Shown: positions 24,535-36,349 of the stretch, in pieces | Layout: the number at the start of each line of letters is the position of its first letter | How positions within the stretch are numbered: position 1 is the first letter of the stretch | Assembly (NCBI GenBank): GCA_025558095.1 | Contig: JAIVFI010000036.1 | Location: 248,001 to 312,000 of the forward strand | Reading direction: 5' to 3' | From: Hyaloraphidium curvatum SAG 235-1 | Taxonomy: Eukaryota > Fungi > Monoblepharomycota | DNA: 64,000 nucleotides | Notes under the pieces: model-generated | The model's database searches: none | The model's input: the letters and a program-made list of their open reading frames with translations, nothing else | What the model was told of the DNA's origin: nothing | Program-made: the position numbers and the translations under genes

Positions 24535-25149
24535 ATGGCCACGCAACTCCTCGCGTACGTGCACATCCGCGACGAGCCCGCGGGCGCGTGGCACCGGCAC
24601 CGCCGCGCGTTCCCCCTCGAACTCCCTGCAGGGACGGCGCTGGACGACGAGGACGCGCTGTTTTCCGCGGTCCCGGAGATATTGCAGCCGTGGAAGGACG
24701 AGTTGTTGCGGGCGAGGGGGTGGAAGTGCGTGCGGTGCGGGAAGGCGTCGGTGGCGACCGCCGTGCGGGTTTCGTGGGCGGCGGGCGACGATACCAAGGC
24801 CGACGGGCCCCCGGCCGCCGAGAAGGACGCGGACGGCGTGAAGGACACGAATGGCGAGAAGGACGTGGAGAAGGTGCCGACGGTGGCATGGGCGGAGTGG
24901 CTCTTCCCCGTGTGCGGGTATCAGGGCAGCCCGTGTTGGCCGTTCGCGCAGGAGAAGGCGAGCACGTTCAAGCCCGCTGGGGCCGAGATTTTGGACTCGA
25001 AGAGAATGTGCGCCGCGTGCAGGAAGACGACGTCGGATCTGGCGGGGTTCCAGAGGTGCTCGAGGTGCAGATCGACGTATTATTGCTCGCAGGCATGCCA
25101 GCGGGGGCACTGGGCGCAGCACAAGGAGTGGTGCCACGCTCCGCCGTGA
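24535..25149 (+). CDS. MYND-type zinc-finger protein
   Basis: C-terminal CAAC...RCSRCRSTYYCSQACQRGHWAQHKEWC. Confidence 0.85.
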   Translation: MATQLLAYVHIRDEPAGAWHRHRRAFPLELPAGTALDDEDALFSAVPEILQPWKDELLRARGWKCVRCGKASVATAVRVSWAAGDDTKADGPPAAEKDADGVKDTNGEKDVEKVPTVAWAEWLFPVCGYQGSPCWPFAQEKASTFKPAGAEILDSKRMCAACRKTTSDLAGFQRCSRCRSTYYCSQACQRGHWAQHKEWCHAPP

Positions 25150-25460
25150 AGCCACCCCCGTGGTCATCTCGGCAGGTGCCAGTCTTGCTAGCAAGGATGA
25201 GGCAGATCATGTCTATGTAGTTGCGTGAACGCACGAAAGCGGCAGCCAAAGAGGGGCAGCGGCGTCTCATCACACCTCACCAGCACGTGCCACGCGAACA
25301 AAAGCGAGAAAGCAACCCGCGCTTCCGCTACCGGCCGAGCTCTCTCGCCATCCTTGTGTCCGCTCGGCACACCACGCGCTCGCTCAAAGCAGACAGTTGC
25401 TAGCCGCCCGAGTCGGCCCTGTCGACGTGTCGGTCGCCCGCGAAGCCTCCCTCCGAAACT

Positions 25461-26317
25461 ATGTCGACGCCGCTCCCCAGTCCCGCCTCCCTGCCGTATA
25501 ACCCCGCGCGGGGCGAAGGCTCGAAGGACCCGCTCGAAGTGCTGGCGTATCTGGCCCGGGATCCGACCGCCTTCTTCAGTCATCGATTCATCAACTCGTA
25601 CCTCAAGATCCTCAAGCCCGTTAGGAAGGTGGCAATCCAGACTTTCGATAGTTCGTGCTCCGCGAAGAGCACCTCCGTCCGCTTCTTCGCACCATCGGCG
25701 AAATGCTTGCTAAGGACGAAAAAGGCGGCAACGCGCTGCAGTTCGTGTACCGGCGCAGGACGGACATTGCGGCTGCACTCTCCTTGGGAAAGTCGCTCGA
25801 GGAAGCGGAAGAGGACATCTTAGAGGAAGGACTGACCGGGCGCATGGCATACACCATCGAGGTGCTCACCAACGAAGGCATACGGTTGGGCCGCTTCTAC
25901 ACGCTCTGTGTCGATTGCGACGCTGCAGAAGCAGCCGGCATAGCTCCCGCTGAGAACTGCATGCAGGTGACTACGAGATGGAAAAAAGCCGCAGTTAAGG
26001 ATGGACCAAGAGCGGGGCGGAAGGATATTGAGTTCACCAAGTGCTGCGTCAACCAAGTGCTGCGCGACGACGATCCCGACCTCGATCCGAACGCCAAGGC
26101 CGGGCTCGGTGCGTACATCAACAAGATGACATCTGATGATGCGAAGAAGAGCGACCGCTATTGCCGATACCAGGAGTGCCGCGCACGGAAGCCAACCAAG
26201 AGATGCGGGAGGGGCTGCGGTGCGGCATACTGCAGCAAGGAGTGCCAGGTCGCCGATTGGCCCGAGCACAAGAAGATCTGCGTCGTGCCTGCCGAGAAGA
26301 AGAAGGATTCTGCTTGA
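25461..26317 (+). CDS. MYND-type zinc-finger protein; apparent frameshift near 25650
   Basis: CRYQEC...KRCGRGCGAAYCSKECQVADWPEHKKIC. The ATG-led ORF at 25461 and the MYND ORF are in different frames around TTCGATAGTTCGTG, with no normal-sized intron. Confidence 0.7.
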
Positions 26318-26851
26318 ACCCAGCGCGGGAGAGGGGCATCGTGATCGAAACCATGGGAGTGAGGTGGCAAGTCGAGCTGTATCGTCACAGAAGGCACCAG
26401 AACGATCAATCAATCAGTGACGTTGCCAGATCCTTTGTTTCTCGTTCCCCCAGAAAGCATCCGGCGTTTGGGGCGTGAGATCCGACTTGTTTTGAGGTTT
26501 AATTGGCGCGCATAGTATGGGTCGCGCCCAGCTCCTGCGCGACTTCCTGAAGCAGACCCGCTCCCCCGGGCTCGTCTCGCGAGTTGCTGCCCTTTGGCCC
26601 CCTCCGTGGTGGCTCTTTAGCCGAGAACGGCATTTTGGACGTGGCGCTCGGGTGCACTCGCCTCTGGAAGGCGGTCCCATGACCCTCGCGGACCGCGCCG
26701 CGCCGCGGCCCCGCTGCTGCCCGCGGCTCCAATAAGCCCGCGCTTGTCGGCTTTGCTGAACGAACTGCTCGCGGAAGACGCCGGCTTCGTGCAGCGGCGC
26801 CCGGTTCTGTTGGAGGAAGGCCATTGGAACCAGCCTCGTCGGCGCGGCACC

Positions 26852-29056
26852 ATGGACAGCCCCCACTCGTACTCGCGGGCCGTCACGGCAAACATGCCGT
26901 CACCGGTGCCGCCCACTGGCCACCCGAGGATGCCGGCGCCGTCGATCCAGACGACAATCGGTTTCGTGCCGACCCTCCATTCCCCGCTCCGCGGCGCACC
27001 GTCGCCTGGACAAGTCAATGTGCTGGTTCCGCGGAGCGCCAAGAAGTCGGACGCGTCAAGGGCCCCGGCGTGGGGCACGGGCGCTTTCGGGGTGCCCACG
27101 CCGCCGCCGACCGCGGCCAACTCCATGGAAGGATTCCCCGCACAACCGGACGCGCGCGGAAGCACACACCCTGCTTCCCTTTCGGCGACGACACCCTGGC
27201 AGGGCCAATCTGGAAACACGCCGTGGAAGCAGCAGAACGGCACGCCGTGGTCCGTGGGATCTGCAGGCTCCGGGATCTCGGCCGGCTCTTTTGGCTCGCC
27301 GGGAACGACGCCGTGGTCGACCCTGTCGAACGCGCCAACGCTTTCGACCCCATGGAACTTGTCGCGAACGCCGGCGACGCCCTCGACGGCATCGACCCTT
27401 TCGGGCTCCCCCGCCGTCGGTGAAGGCGACAACCCGTGGCCCTCGAACCGCTACGGCACCCCGAAAACGGACTCGCCGCTCTTTGATCCCCAACCTTTCC
27501 CCCTCACACCGACCCCGCCCGACAACAACCCCTTCTCCTTCCCGATTCCCGCGTACGCCCGGCCTGCGCGCGTGTTGGTTCCCGATCCGAACCAGCTGTC
27601 TAACCCGGGAGCGCAGAGCCTTGCGCCTGAGCGCCGGACCATTGATCTGGTGTGCTCGGTGCAGGTTTCCAGGACCTGGCTGGCGAATCCGCCGTCCGCC
27701 GCGGCCCTCGGACCCCTGCGCTCCTACTTTACCGCCTTTCCCCCGCCGAATCTGGACCTCTACCCGGCGTCCCTGCCGGACGGCACACACGTGCTCGGCA
27801 TGCTTCCGGCGGCGTTTTGGAATCTGAAGGTAGAGCTTGAGAACCAGATTGGACTCCAGCTCCCGAGCATCCCGCCGAGCAAGGTCGAGGTCATGGTTCC
27901 CGTGCACGTCTTCTCGGGCCCGCTGAACCCGGCAGGCTACGACGGCGGATTCCGCCGCGAGCCGCCGTACATTCCTGGCCGACGCTTTCGGAGCCCGGAC
28001 GAGTACGAGCGGTACGCGGCATCTTTCGTCAGCGGACACAACCGAAATCTTGCACAGGTTGGTTGTCGTCTCTTGGTGCATATACTCTGTCCGCTAAAGC
28101 TTTCCCCGCATCAGCAACGCCGCCGACATGACGCTTACCTCCATTCCCTGCGACATCTCCTCCATTCCCACCACCTTCTTCGGCGCCGGCAAGCACGGCT
28201 GATCGCGCTGGACATTGAAGCTTGGGAGCACGATCACTCTCTCCTTCTCGAGATCGGGTATACGACAGCCGCCTTCCGGCCCGCTCCTGGAGTTGGCGAG
28301 GGCGGCGATGGTGTTTGGATCATGAAGGGACACCACCTGGTCGTGGAGGAGAATGCGGGTCGACGGAACGGGATGCGGGTCGAAGACAACCGCGACGGGT
28401 TCCTATTTGGAACGACGCAGGTGCTGCCCCTCAAAAAGTGCCTCGCAAAGCTTCGGACAGCGCTCCGCGGAGCGGACTATGTCGTTGCCCATGCCGCGCA
28501 TTCGGACGAAAAGTTCCTGCGCCGGCACGGCCTTGGCTTTTCGGGGAAGCCCGTGCTGGACACGCAGATCATGGTCAAGTGCCTCCGCGGGACGACGGAG
28601 CAGCTCCGTCTGTCCCGCGTCCTGGACGAGCTGGGGATGCGCAACTACCGCGGCCTCCACAACGCCGGGAACGACGCGTACTACACCATGGAGGCCTGCC
28701 TCAGGATGGGAAGGGGCCCACCGCCTCCGCGAGAGGTCGCCAAGCGGCTCGGGATCGACTGGCAGCGGGTCGTTAGCAGGGAGCGCGATCGCGAGGCGAG
28801 GGAGCGGGAGGCTTGGGGCAGCAGCCCAAGCATCCGAGGCCCCGTCCCTCAGGGAGGAAGCCTCGTCGCAAACGATGGCGATGGGGCCCTCGATCCGGGC
28901 GAAGGGCCGGCAGACGATCACGACATTGGCGACGGTGGTGTGGATGGGGCGGATGGGGCGGCTGGCTACGAGGAGCTGCCGGTTGACGATGGTGGCAATG
29001 ATGGCGAGGTTCAGGAGGAAGCTAACGACGAGGACGTGATGGATGTGGACGGTTGA
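26852..29056 (+). CDS. DEDDh exonuclease-domain protein (Gfd2/QIP-like) with a low-complexity N-terminus
   Basis: LIALDIEAWE..LLEIG, VVAHAAHSD, VLDTQ, LHNAGNDAYYT; probable in-frame intron ~28058-28113. Confidence 0.8.
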   Translation: MDSPHSYSRAVTANMPSPVPPTGHPRMPAPSIQTTIGFVPTLHSPLRGAPSPGQVNVLVPRSAKKSDASRAPAWGTGAFGVPTPPPTAANSMEGFPAQPDARGSTHPASLSATTPWQGQSGNTPWKQQNGTPWSVGSAGSGISAGSFGSPGTTPWSTLSNAPTLSTPWNLSRTPATPSTASTLSGSPAVGEGDNPWPSNRYGTPKTDSPLFDPQPFPLTPTPPDNNPFSFPIPAYARPARVLVPDPNQLSNPGAQSLAPERRTIDLVCSVQVSRTWLANPPSAAALGPLRSYFTAFPPPNLDLYPASLPDGTHVLGMLPAAFWNLKVELENQIGLQLPSIPPSKVEVMVPVHVFSGPLNPAGYDGGFRREPPYIPGRRFRSPDEYERYAASFVSGHNRNLAQVGCRLLVHILCPLKLSPHQQRRRHDAYLHSLRHLLHSHHLLRRRQARLIALDIEAWEHDHSLLLEIGYTTAAFRPAPGVGEGGDGVWIMKGHHLVVEENAGRRNGMRVEDNRDGFLFGTTQVLPLKKCLAKLRTALRGADYVVAHAAHSDEKFLRRHGLGFSGKPVLDTQIMVKCLRGTTEQLRLSRVLDELGMRNYRGLHNAGNDAYYTMEACLRMGRGPPPPREVAKRLGIDWQRVVSRERDREAREREAWGSSPSIRGPVPQGGSLVANDGDGALDPGEGPADDHDIGDGGVDGADGAAGYEELPVDDGGNDGEVQEEANDEDVMDVDG

Positions 29057-29258
29057 TCCACTTGTATGCTGACGCATGGTTGCCGGACATTTCAAGAGTA
29101 CACATCTTGAAAGTTTCCGCTTGGTTCCACGTTCTGCTGCTTGCGACGGATCCAAATGAATCACTAGCTCACCAGGCAAATCCGCTCAGCACAAAGTCTC
29201 TTTACCGTGACAAAGCTCGTCGATCCATGATAAAGTATGCTATCACCGCCACTTCGCA

Positions 29259-30258
29259 CTAGTATCCCCTTCCCAACGGGATGTTGTTTGCGCCAGTCAT
29301 TCCCATCCCAGGCATCATACCCGGCATGCCCATTCCCGGCATCATTCCAGGCATGCCCATTCCAGGCATCATTCCCGGGACACCCATGCCCATCATAGCG
29401 TACTGTGCAAGGCGAAAAGTGTCAGCTGAACATCCCAGTAGGTCTTTGCTACGATTGCTCACCAAACGATTCGGGTTGTTTTTCCGAGCCTGGCTCGCGA
29501 TGAGACGCTCTGCCGCGCCACCGTGACGCTCCCCTTTGCCGTCCTTTTTGAGCGCGTACTGCACGTTGATCGGCTTCCCCATAAGATGTTGGCCGTTCAT
29601 GGCCTCGATGGCTGCATCGGAAGATTCAAAGTTGTCGAAGCTGACGAAACCAAATCCTTTCGAGTTGCCTGTGTCATTGTCGCGGGACACCTTTGGCGGT
29701 TGCACGATGAGTCCGAACTGGGAAAAGGTGTCGTACAGGACGCGTTCGTCCACGTTCGGATCCAGGTTCCCAATGAAAAGGTTGGCCCCGACGTCGATCT
29801 GCCGCTTATCCGACGAGGCCTTGTTGACACGGAGAGGTTTGCCAAAGAACTTGACCATCTGAAGGGGCGTGTCAGCCGAGCCGGCGAGGAGGTTGAAAGG
29901 AGACCCACGTTCATGATCTTGATGGCGTAGTCGGCATCCTCCTCCGACGCGTACTCCACGAAACCGTAGCCCTGGTGCATCTGCGTTACTCTGTCCTTTG
30001 GAAGGTGGACATTGACTGAGGGCGTGGGCACCATTAGGGAGGTCCCGTGAGCTGCGCACATCGCGGCGGCTACCCGAAGGTCAACGCACCGACGGGTCCC
30101 GCCTGAAGAAACAGCTCCCAAACCAGAGCATCTGTCGCGCGCTCGTCGAGGTTGCCACTGGTGAGCTGCCCGTCAGCGACCGTGAATATTTGTCCCCGCG
30201 TTCCTACCACCCACACGTAGCACGTCGCCTCCTGGTTACGCTCCTGCGGTTGCGCCAT
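29259..30258 (-). CDS. SF3B4: Splicing factor 3B subunit 4 (SAP49/Hsh49)
   Basis: [65 protein letters not shown]; two RRMs and several introns. Confidence 0.96.
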
Positions 30259-30595
30259 CGCGACAAAGGACACGGCCGGAAGTGCGGGCTGCCGCCACCA
30301 AAGCCCCAAATGGCCGATTGAAGCCGAGAGTCCGGAGCTCAAGAATCCGCGGCCGCGCAAGTGTCGGTTCCCAGACGGCCGATCACGCCTTCAAAGATCC
30401 TCCGTCGCGCAGTTGCAAAGTAAGAAAGCACGTTCCAAGCCGCGAAAGGCCTGGAAACGGAGGGGTCACGGCCGTGAGGTGTTGGATGAAGGTGCCGTTC
30501 GCCCCCTGCTCCCACGGCCCACGGCACACGCAAACAACGCCCCGGCTTCGTCGAAGAGCGATGTTCACCAAGGCTACAGATTCCTAAATGATTGA

Positions 30596-31657
30596 ATGAT
30601 AAGAAGCCTTTCGAGGCGCGAATTGCTGGCATTCTGCCTCCTTGCCATCGCCTTGCTGGTCATCCTCCTCCGAACTCCTCGTTTGGCTCGCCCGCTGCGC
30701 TCATCGCTCCATCGGATTCGCCCTTCCTGCAGCCTGTATGCTGGCAAACTTCACCTCAATCACACGCACCCCACGGCCTCTGGCATTCTCCCCGATCCCG
30801 TCTCGGGCTGCCCCCCCCTCCTCGCGCTGTTCCCCGATCTCTCGAAGCCACCGGCTTGGTTCCCCAACAAACGCGTGGTACTCATCGGGGATTCGGTTGC
30901 AAGGAACGCGCTCGTGGATTTCTGCTCCTTTGTCGGCGGAAACTGCTCCGCAACCGAGCTTCGCACCCGCGATTCTGCAGCACGCTGCTCGAGCGCCAAC
31001 GGCGTCGACCGGCTCCCCGGCCGGCCCTACTCATGCCGCCTCCCACAATGGAACCACCAGTGGGACTCTTTTGTTGTTTACGGCCTTACGCCGGAAGACC
31101 GTCTGTGGGTCGACAAACCCGGCGTGGAACAGCCCGCGGGCTTGAGAGGAAGGCTCAAGGTCCTGCGTGAGAGGGAGCGTGGGCTCGCCGCACCGGACAT
31201 GGTGATCATTTCGTCCTTTTTCTGGGACCTTGCGCGGTACCAGCGCCACCAAGTGCTCCACACGGGGAATGACTCGCGCCCAGAACTGTCACCATCTTTC
31301 CTTTCGGCCTGGAGGGCGAATGCTACTGCATTTCTCCTTTCTGTTCGCGAAATCTATCCTCAAGCTACTCGCATCCTCTGGGCGGTCCCGCACGACGTTG
31401 ATCCAGGGGCGTTCCGCACCTTCTCTCTTCCTCTTGGGGCGGCCAAAGACACCATCTCGGCCTTCCATCCCATCCGGACCGCTGCCCTCATCGCTGAGCA
31501 GGAATCATTTGCTCAAGGGCGGGAGTTCCCGTTCGGAAGGCTGGTGAAAGGCCAAGAAAGGTGGCTGACGGATGGGGTTCATCCCGGCGCGGCCGGGAAT
31601 GCGGTGTGGGGTGGGTTAGTCCTGGAAGAGCTGAGGCGCACGGTGGAGGAGCTATAA
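30596..31657 (+). CDS. Type II membrane SGNH/GDSL-like esterase or acyltransferase
   Basis: N-terminal anchor LLAFCLLAIALLVILL, GDS motif (VVLIGDSVARN), FWDL, and DxxH motif (TDGVHP). Confidence 0.75.
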   Translation: MIRSLSRRELLAFCLLAIALLVILLRTPRLARPLRSSLHRIRPSCSLYAGKLHLNHTHPTASGILPDPVSGCPPLLALFPDLSKPPAWFPNKRVVLIGDSVARNALVDFCSFVGGNCSATELRTRDSAARCSSANGVDRLPGRPYSCRLPQWNHQWDSFVVYGLTPEDRLWVDKPGVEQPAGLRGRLKVLRERERGLAAPDMVIISSFFWDLARYQRHQVLHTGNDSRPELSPSFLSAWRANATAFLLSVREIYPQATRILWAVPHDVDPGAFRTFSLPLGAAKDTISAFHPIRTAALIAEQESFAQGREFPFGRLVKGQERWLTDGVHPGAAGNAVWGGLVLEELRRTVEEL

Positions 31658-31772
31658 CGTTGAGGAGGGAAATCGCGTAAGTAGTGCGAGGCAAGGCCTC
31701 ATGCGACGACCGTCGCAGCGAACGTCAGTGGGGTGTTCAGTCAGATCTCTATCATGGCCAATACAAAGCAGC

Positions 31773-34700
31773 TCAGAACGACTCCTTGTAAAAGCGGAAA
31801 GTCGTCGCAGAGCCCTGCTTGCGGTAGTAACCCGTGGCGATCCGGCAGGCCCGCTCGACGTCGCGGGCAAACCCGATCGGGCCGCAGAAGAACACGCCAA
31901 AGTCCGCCCCCGGCGATCCCATCGCCTTCTCCTTCACGATCGCCGGCCAGGACGGCCTGCCCGGGTACAGGTTCCAGCGCCGCCCCACCGCCTCGCGCTT
32001 GTGCGCGTCCCTGTCCGCCGTCAGGAAGACGTTGAGCTCAATCGCCGTCCCGTCGCCGAGGGCCTGCTCCGTCGACTCCATGAGGTCCCTGAAGGCGTCG
32101 AGCTCCTTGCTGTCCCGGCAGACCCAGTAGAACGACACGTTCATGGGGTGCTCGTTGTACCGCCTGCTGATGGAGCGCAGGACCGAGGCAAAAGGGGTGA
32201 CGCCGATGCCCGCGCCGACAAGGATGACGTGCGTAAACTTCCACACGTCCTCTGCCGGCGCCCCGTACGGCCCGTCGATGCGGAGCCGGGGCAGGATGGT
32301 CCGGTACGTCTGCCCCGTGACGGCCGACGGGTCCGCGGCAAAGACGTGCAGCAGGTGGTCCTTGACCTTGGACGCCCAGTCGAACCCCTTGCGCACGCGG
32401 ATGTGCACCGTCATCTCGTCGTCCTCGGGCGCCGACGAGATGGTGAATGGGTGGAACTCAAGCCTGCTGCCCGACACCCAGGGGTCCGCGAGGAAGATGT
32501 ACTGGCCGGGTTTGAAGGCCACCTTGCGCCCGCCCGGGTGCCGCATGCTCAGGCGCAGAACATCGGCCGACACCATGTCCGCCGCGCTGACTTCGACCTC
32601 GACCTCGCGCCGGCGGTACTGGAGCGCCTTCTCCGCAGCCATGAACAGCAGTGGTATCAGCACAAAGGTCCCTGGCGGATGGAGCAAGGTCAGGCGCTGC
32701 AATCGACCGGCGCGGAAAAGAACCCACAGAAGCTCGGCCCGTGGATGAGCAGCACCCCGTACACCGGAATCCAGAGCGTGTGCATGATGAGAAACACCGA
32801 ATAATCGATCCGCAGGCAGCACAGCTTGGTGATGCGCCTGCCAAACAGCGTCCCCACGAGGAGCACGAGCATCAGCAGCGTCACGAGGTGACCCGTGAAC
32901 CCGGCGACGGTCAGCACCGCGGGCTGGACCAGCGGCACGCCGTTCTCCTTCTGCTCCCAGAGCATGTTGAGATAGTGCATCAATATGTGCCCGACTGAGC
33001 CGATGACGATGAGGACGGCGACAAAGATGTGCAGCGAGACCGCGTCCCAGAGCGGGATCACCTCGGCGATCGGGGTGCCGCGGAGGTAGCCGAGCAGGCT
33101 CTTCATGACAGGGAAGAGCAGGAAGGCAAAGTTGAAGTCCAGCGTCTTGCCGAAACCCTTGGCCAAAGGCAGGTAGACCGAGCTGAAGGGTATGAGTGCG
33201 GAGACTGACCAGATGCCGAAGCCGAAGGCCCCAGCGTTGGCGAGCAGGTAGATCAGGGCGATGGTCATCCGGGGCCCGTGCCAGTTCCACCACACGGCCA
33301 CCCGGTCCGCGCATGTTACCCTCCTGTCCTCGCCGAGGTCCCCCCCGCCCTCCTCCGGGTCCGCGGCCGGCGCCGCCTCATCGGGAACCGCGCCGGGAAC
33401 CATCGGAATCGGCACGGGCTTGAGCGGTGGCACGTAGGTCGTATCCATGCCGCCGGCCGGGATTACGGGGTTGTGGCTCCCGCGGTACACGGGCGCCGCC
33501 GTCCCCTGCACACCGCGCACGCTGGATAGCTCCACGGCGCCGGTGGAGGCTTCCAAACCCGCGGATCCGTTGGCGTATCCGTTGGCGTAGGTTTCTTTGG
33601 CCTGAGCCTGCACCGTCCCGTTGGCGGCCGGCTTGTACGCGGCCGCGACGGGCACCGCGGCTGCCTTGGCCGGCATCTTCCACGGCTTGACGTCCGCAAA
33701 CGCCTCGATCTCCAGTTCCTCCTTGCCCTTGCGCGTCATGCATGACGCCACCTTCCCCCCCGGGTTGCGCTTGGCCCACACCGACAGTCCCCACCACGCC
33801 AGCAGCGCCAGCACGATGCACCCCACGGCCGCGATCGCCACCGCGATCCCGATGGTCTGCCAGTCCGTCGCGACGGTCAGCGTGCCCTTCATGTCGCGGT
33901 TGGAGAAGGCGTGGTTGCGCGTGCCGACGAAGTGGTACGTGCCCGTGCGGGTGACCATGAAGGGCGGGAAGTTCTGGTACGCCGAGGCCGCGTTGAGGAA
34001 GTTGCACGACGCGCGGTCGTCCTCCCTGACCGCCGAGAGGTTGCACGGCCCCTGGTTCGCGTAGGCGAAGCGGGCCGCGAGCTCCGCGGTTGGCGCAAAG
34101 TGCGCGGCGGCGCCGCCGGCCACGTTGGCGGGCACCGACAGCCCCCTTGCCGCGATCACGGCGAGGTTGGACCTGTCCGTGCCCGGCAGCCCGTTGCCTT
34201 CGTTGCCCTGGGGGTTGGCGTCCGACCCCGTCCACTGCACGTGCAGCCAGTCCCCCGCGACCAGGTCTAGCCGCGAGGGGACGAAATCGTACTCGACCGA
34301 GGGGTAAACCTGCACGATGTTGCCCCTCCGCCCGCGCACGTTGAGGTTCACGAACCGCGGGCGGCGGAGGGCGCCGCTCCGTGCCACACCCTCGGGCGGG
34401 GCGCGGATCCTGAAGGCGTGCGTGCGGTCCTCGAACACGCGGAAGGTCTGCGAGGTGTCGACGTTGAGCGTGAGCGGGCCCGAGACGCCCTCGCCGTAGC
34501 CGACAAAGTCCCTGCGCGGGTCCGTGGAGAGCGCGCCGTTCTGCGCGGCAAAGGTCGAGTCCCCGGGAAAGTCGGCCGTGGAGACGTTGTACCGGATCCG
34601 GAGCACGCACAGCGCGCCGTCCGCGTGGCCCGAGGGCACGGTCCACGTGTAGGACGGCATGTCACTCGTGCCGTCGGCGGTGCCGAGGTGGTTCGAGCGG

Positions 34701-35688
34701 CCCGAGGGGCAGGCAGTGCACGCCGGCGGCGACTGCGCCCACGCCGAACCGAGGGTCCACTGGCCCCCGCCCGCCGTGCACGCGGTCTCGTTGTTGTACC
34801 GCGGGAGGCTGCATGAACCTTTGGGCTGGATGTTCTGGCTGCCCTGCTGGAGGGCGGGGCAGGCCTGCGAGGCGTCCGAGGCGCAGATCCAGACGTCGCG
34901 CCAGGGGCTAGGGTGCCAGTACGGGAAATAATCCCTGGACACAGCGGGCAATCAGCAACGCAGGCAGCAGCCATCACGATAGGGAACCCACCGCTCCTCG
35001 GCGCACTCGAACCCGTACCGCGTCCCTGCCGGGTTCTGCCGCGTGTACCTCGCCGTGTCGCCCCCCAGCCTCTGGTCCGCCGTGAACAAGCCCCTGTTCC
35101 TCTCCCTCGTCCGGCACGCGTCCCAGAACTCGAACGCCTCGTGCTGCCCGTACCGCAGCTGCGACGGCTCCGCCAGCGCGGCCTCGGGCACCGTCGACGT
35201 GTTCGTGCCGTCCCGCAGGCCGGGCATGCTGTCCTCGCACGCGTACTGCAGCACGATCTTGCTCTCCACATTGGGGTTCCCGGGGCCGGAGCCGTGCTGC
35301 GCGGTCCATTCGATCCGGAGCTCCGAGCCGGCGTAGAACTCCATCGTGCCCTTGCCGGCGCCGGGCAGCGTGGGGTCGTACGAGCCCGTGGCGTTGAGGC
35401 ACGGGCCGGGGCACGCGTCGCCGACCTGGTAGCCGCCGCGGGCGTTGTTCTGGCTGTCGAAGAGGCGGTTCTCGTTGGTCGCCTGCGAATCGGGCGTCGG
35501 GTCAGATGTGGCCCATTCGGGGGGCCCGAGGGACGGACCTGGTTCGACACCTCGTTCAGCTTGTTGTTACTCCCCCGCGGCGAGTGCAGATAGATGTCCC
35601 CCAGGGCGGGAGCGGCGAGCAGGGGCAGGAGGAAGATTGGGATCCAGGCTGCCGCGGCGGAGCCCCTCCTCGCCGCCATGGCCGGCAT
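31773..35688 (-). CDS. DD3-3-like ectodomain + TM + NADPH oxidase (NOX) fusion protein, ~1,248 aa
   Basis: Exons 35688-35539, 35482-34992, 34934-32728, 32671-31773 (3,747 nt, frame-consistent). Signal peptide, then DIYLHSPRGSNNKLNE, NRLFDSQNNARGGY, ECAEERDYFPYWHPSPWRD, GRRGNIVQVYPSVEYDF, TRNHAFSNR (DD3-3-like). Then a TM helix and NOX motifs: four heme His, FKPGQY, HPFTISS, IDGPYG, GAGIGVTPF, GRP, FFCGP, YKESF*. Confidence 0.88.
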
Positions 35689-36349
35689 CGCGAACCCCGG
35701 ATCCCGGGCCACAGATGAGGGCGCGCCGAGTGCCCGGAAGCGGGGCCTCGGTACTGGCCGCACGGCGTCTGGTCGGGGGGGGGGGCGTTTGCTGGGTTGG
35801 GGACACGGACTCCGCCCGCACACGGAGCTGAGCCCCCAAGCCCCGACACGCACGGCTTCCGTCTCGTCGCATCGAGGCAAATGGAACGCAGAATGAACGA
35901 CGGTGGAGCCGGGATGCGTACGATGGCGTGGATCGACGGATTTATCGACTTACGGCCGGAACGAAGGCGTCCAGTGGCACCGATCGGTCCCCCACTACCC
36001 CACCGAGCGAATCGCGTGGGGGACGAACACCAGCTGTAGATCGCTGTCTCCAGAAATGAAGAGATGATCCCTGATCTGATTTCCGGGTGCGATCTGGGGG
36101 GTGGAGGAGCGCTGAGGCGGTACGGGGCGTTCTCGGGTCTGTGCCGGGCAGCAGACGCCGGCGACGGAAGATCCGCATCTTTCCAATCTCAATGCGGTGG
36201 TAGGAAGGGGAGATCGGAGTTCCCTCGGGGGTACGGGGCGTTGTGTGGTACAGCGTCGGCGCGAGTCCGGCCGGCTCCCACGAGTTTCCACGACGAACAG
36301 CCGCCAACATCGCGACATCCGGGGGCGCAGTGGGCGCCGGACACGCGCG

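Noticed and set aside
29290-29400. 27-bp tandem repeat
   Set aside because: Coding low-complexity (GMMPGMGMP)n tail of SF3B4; ordinary.
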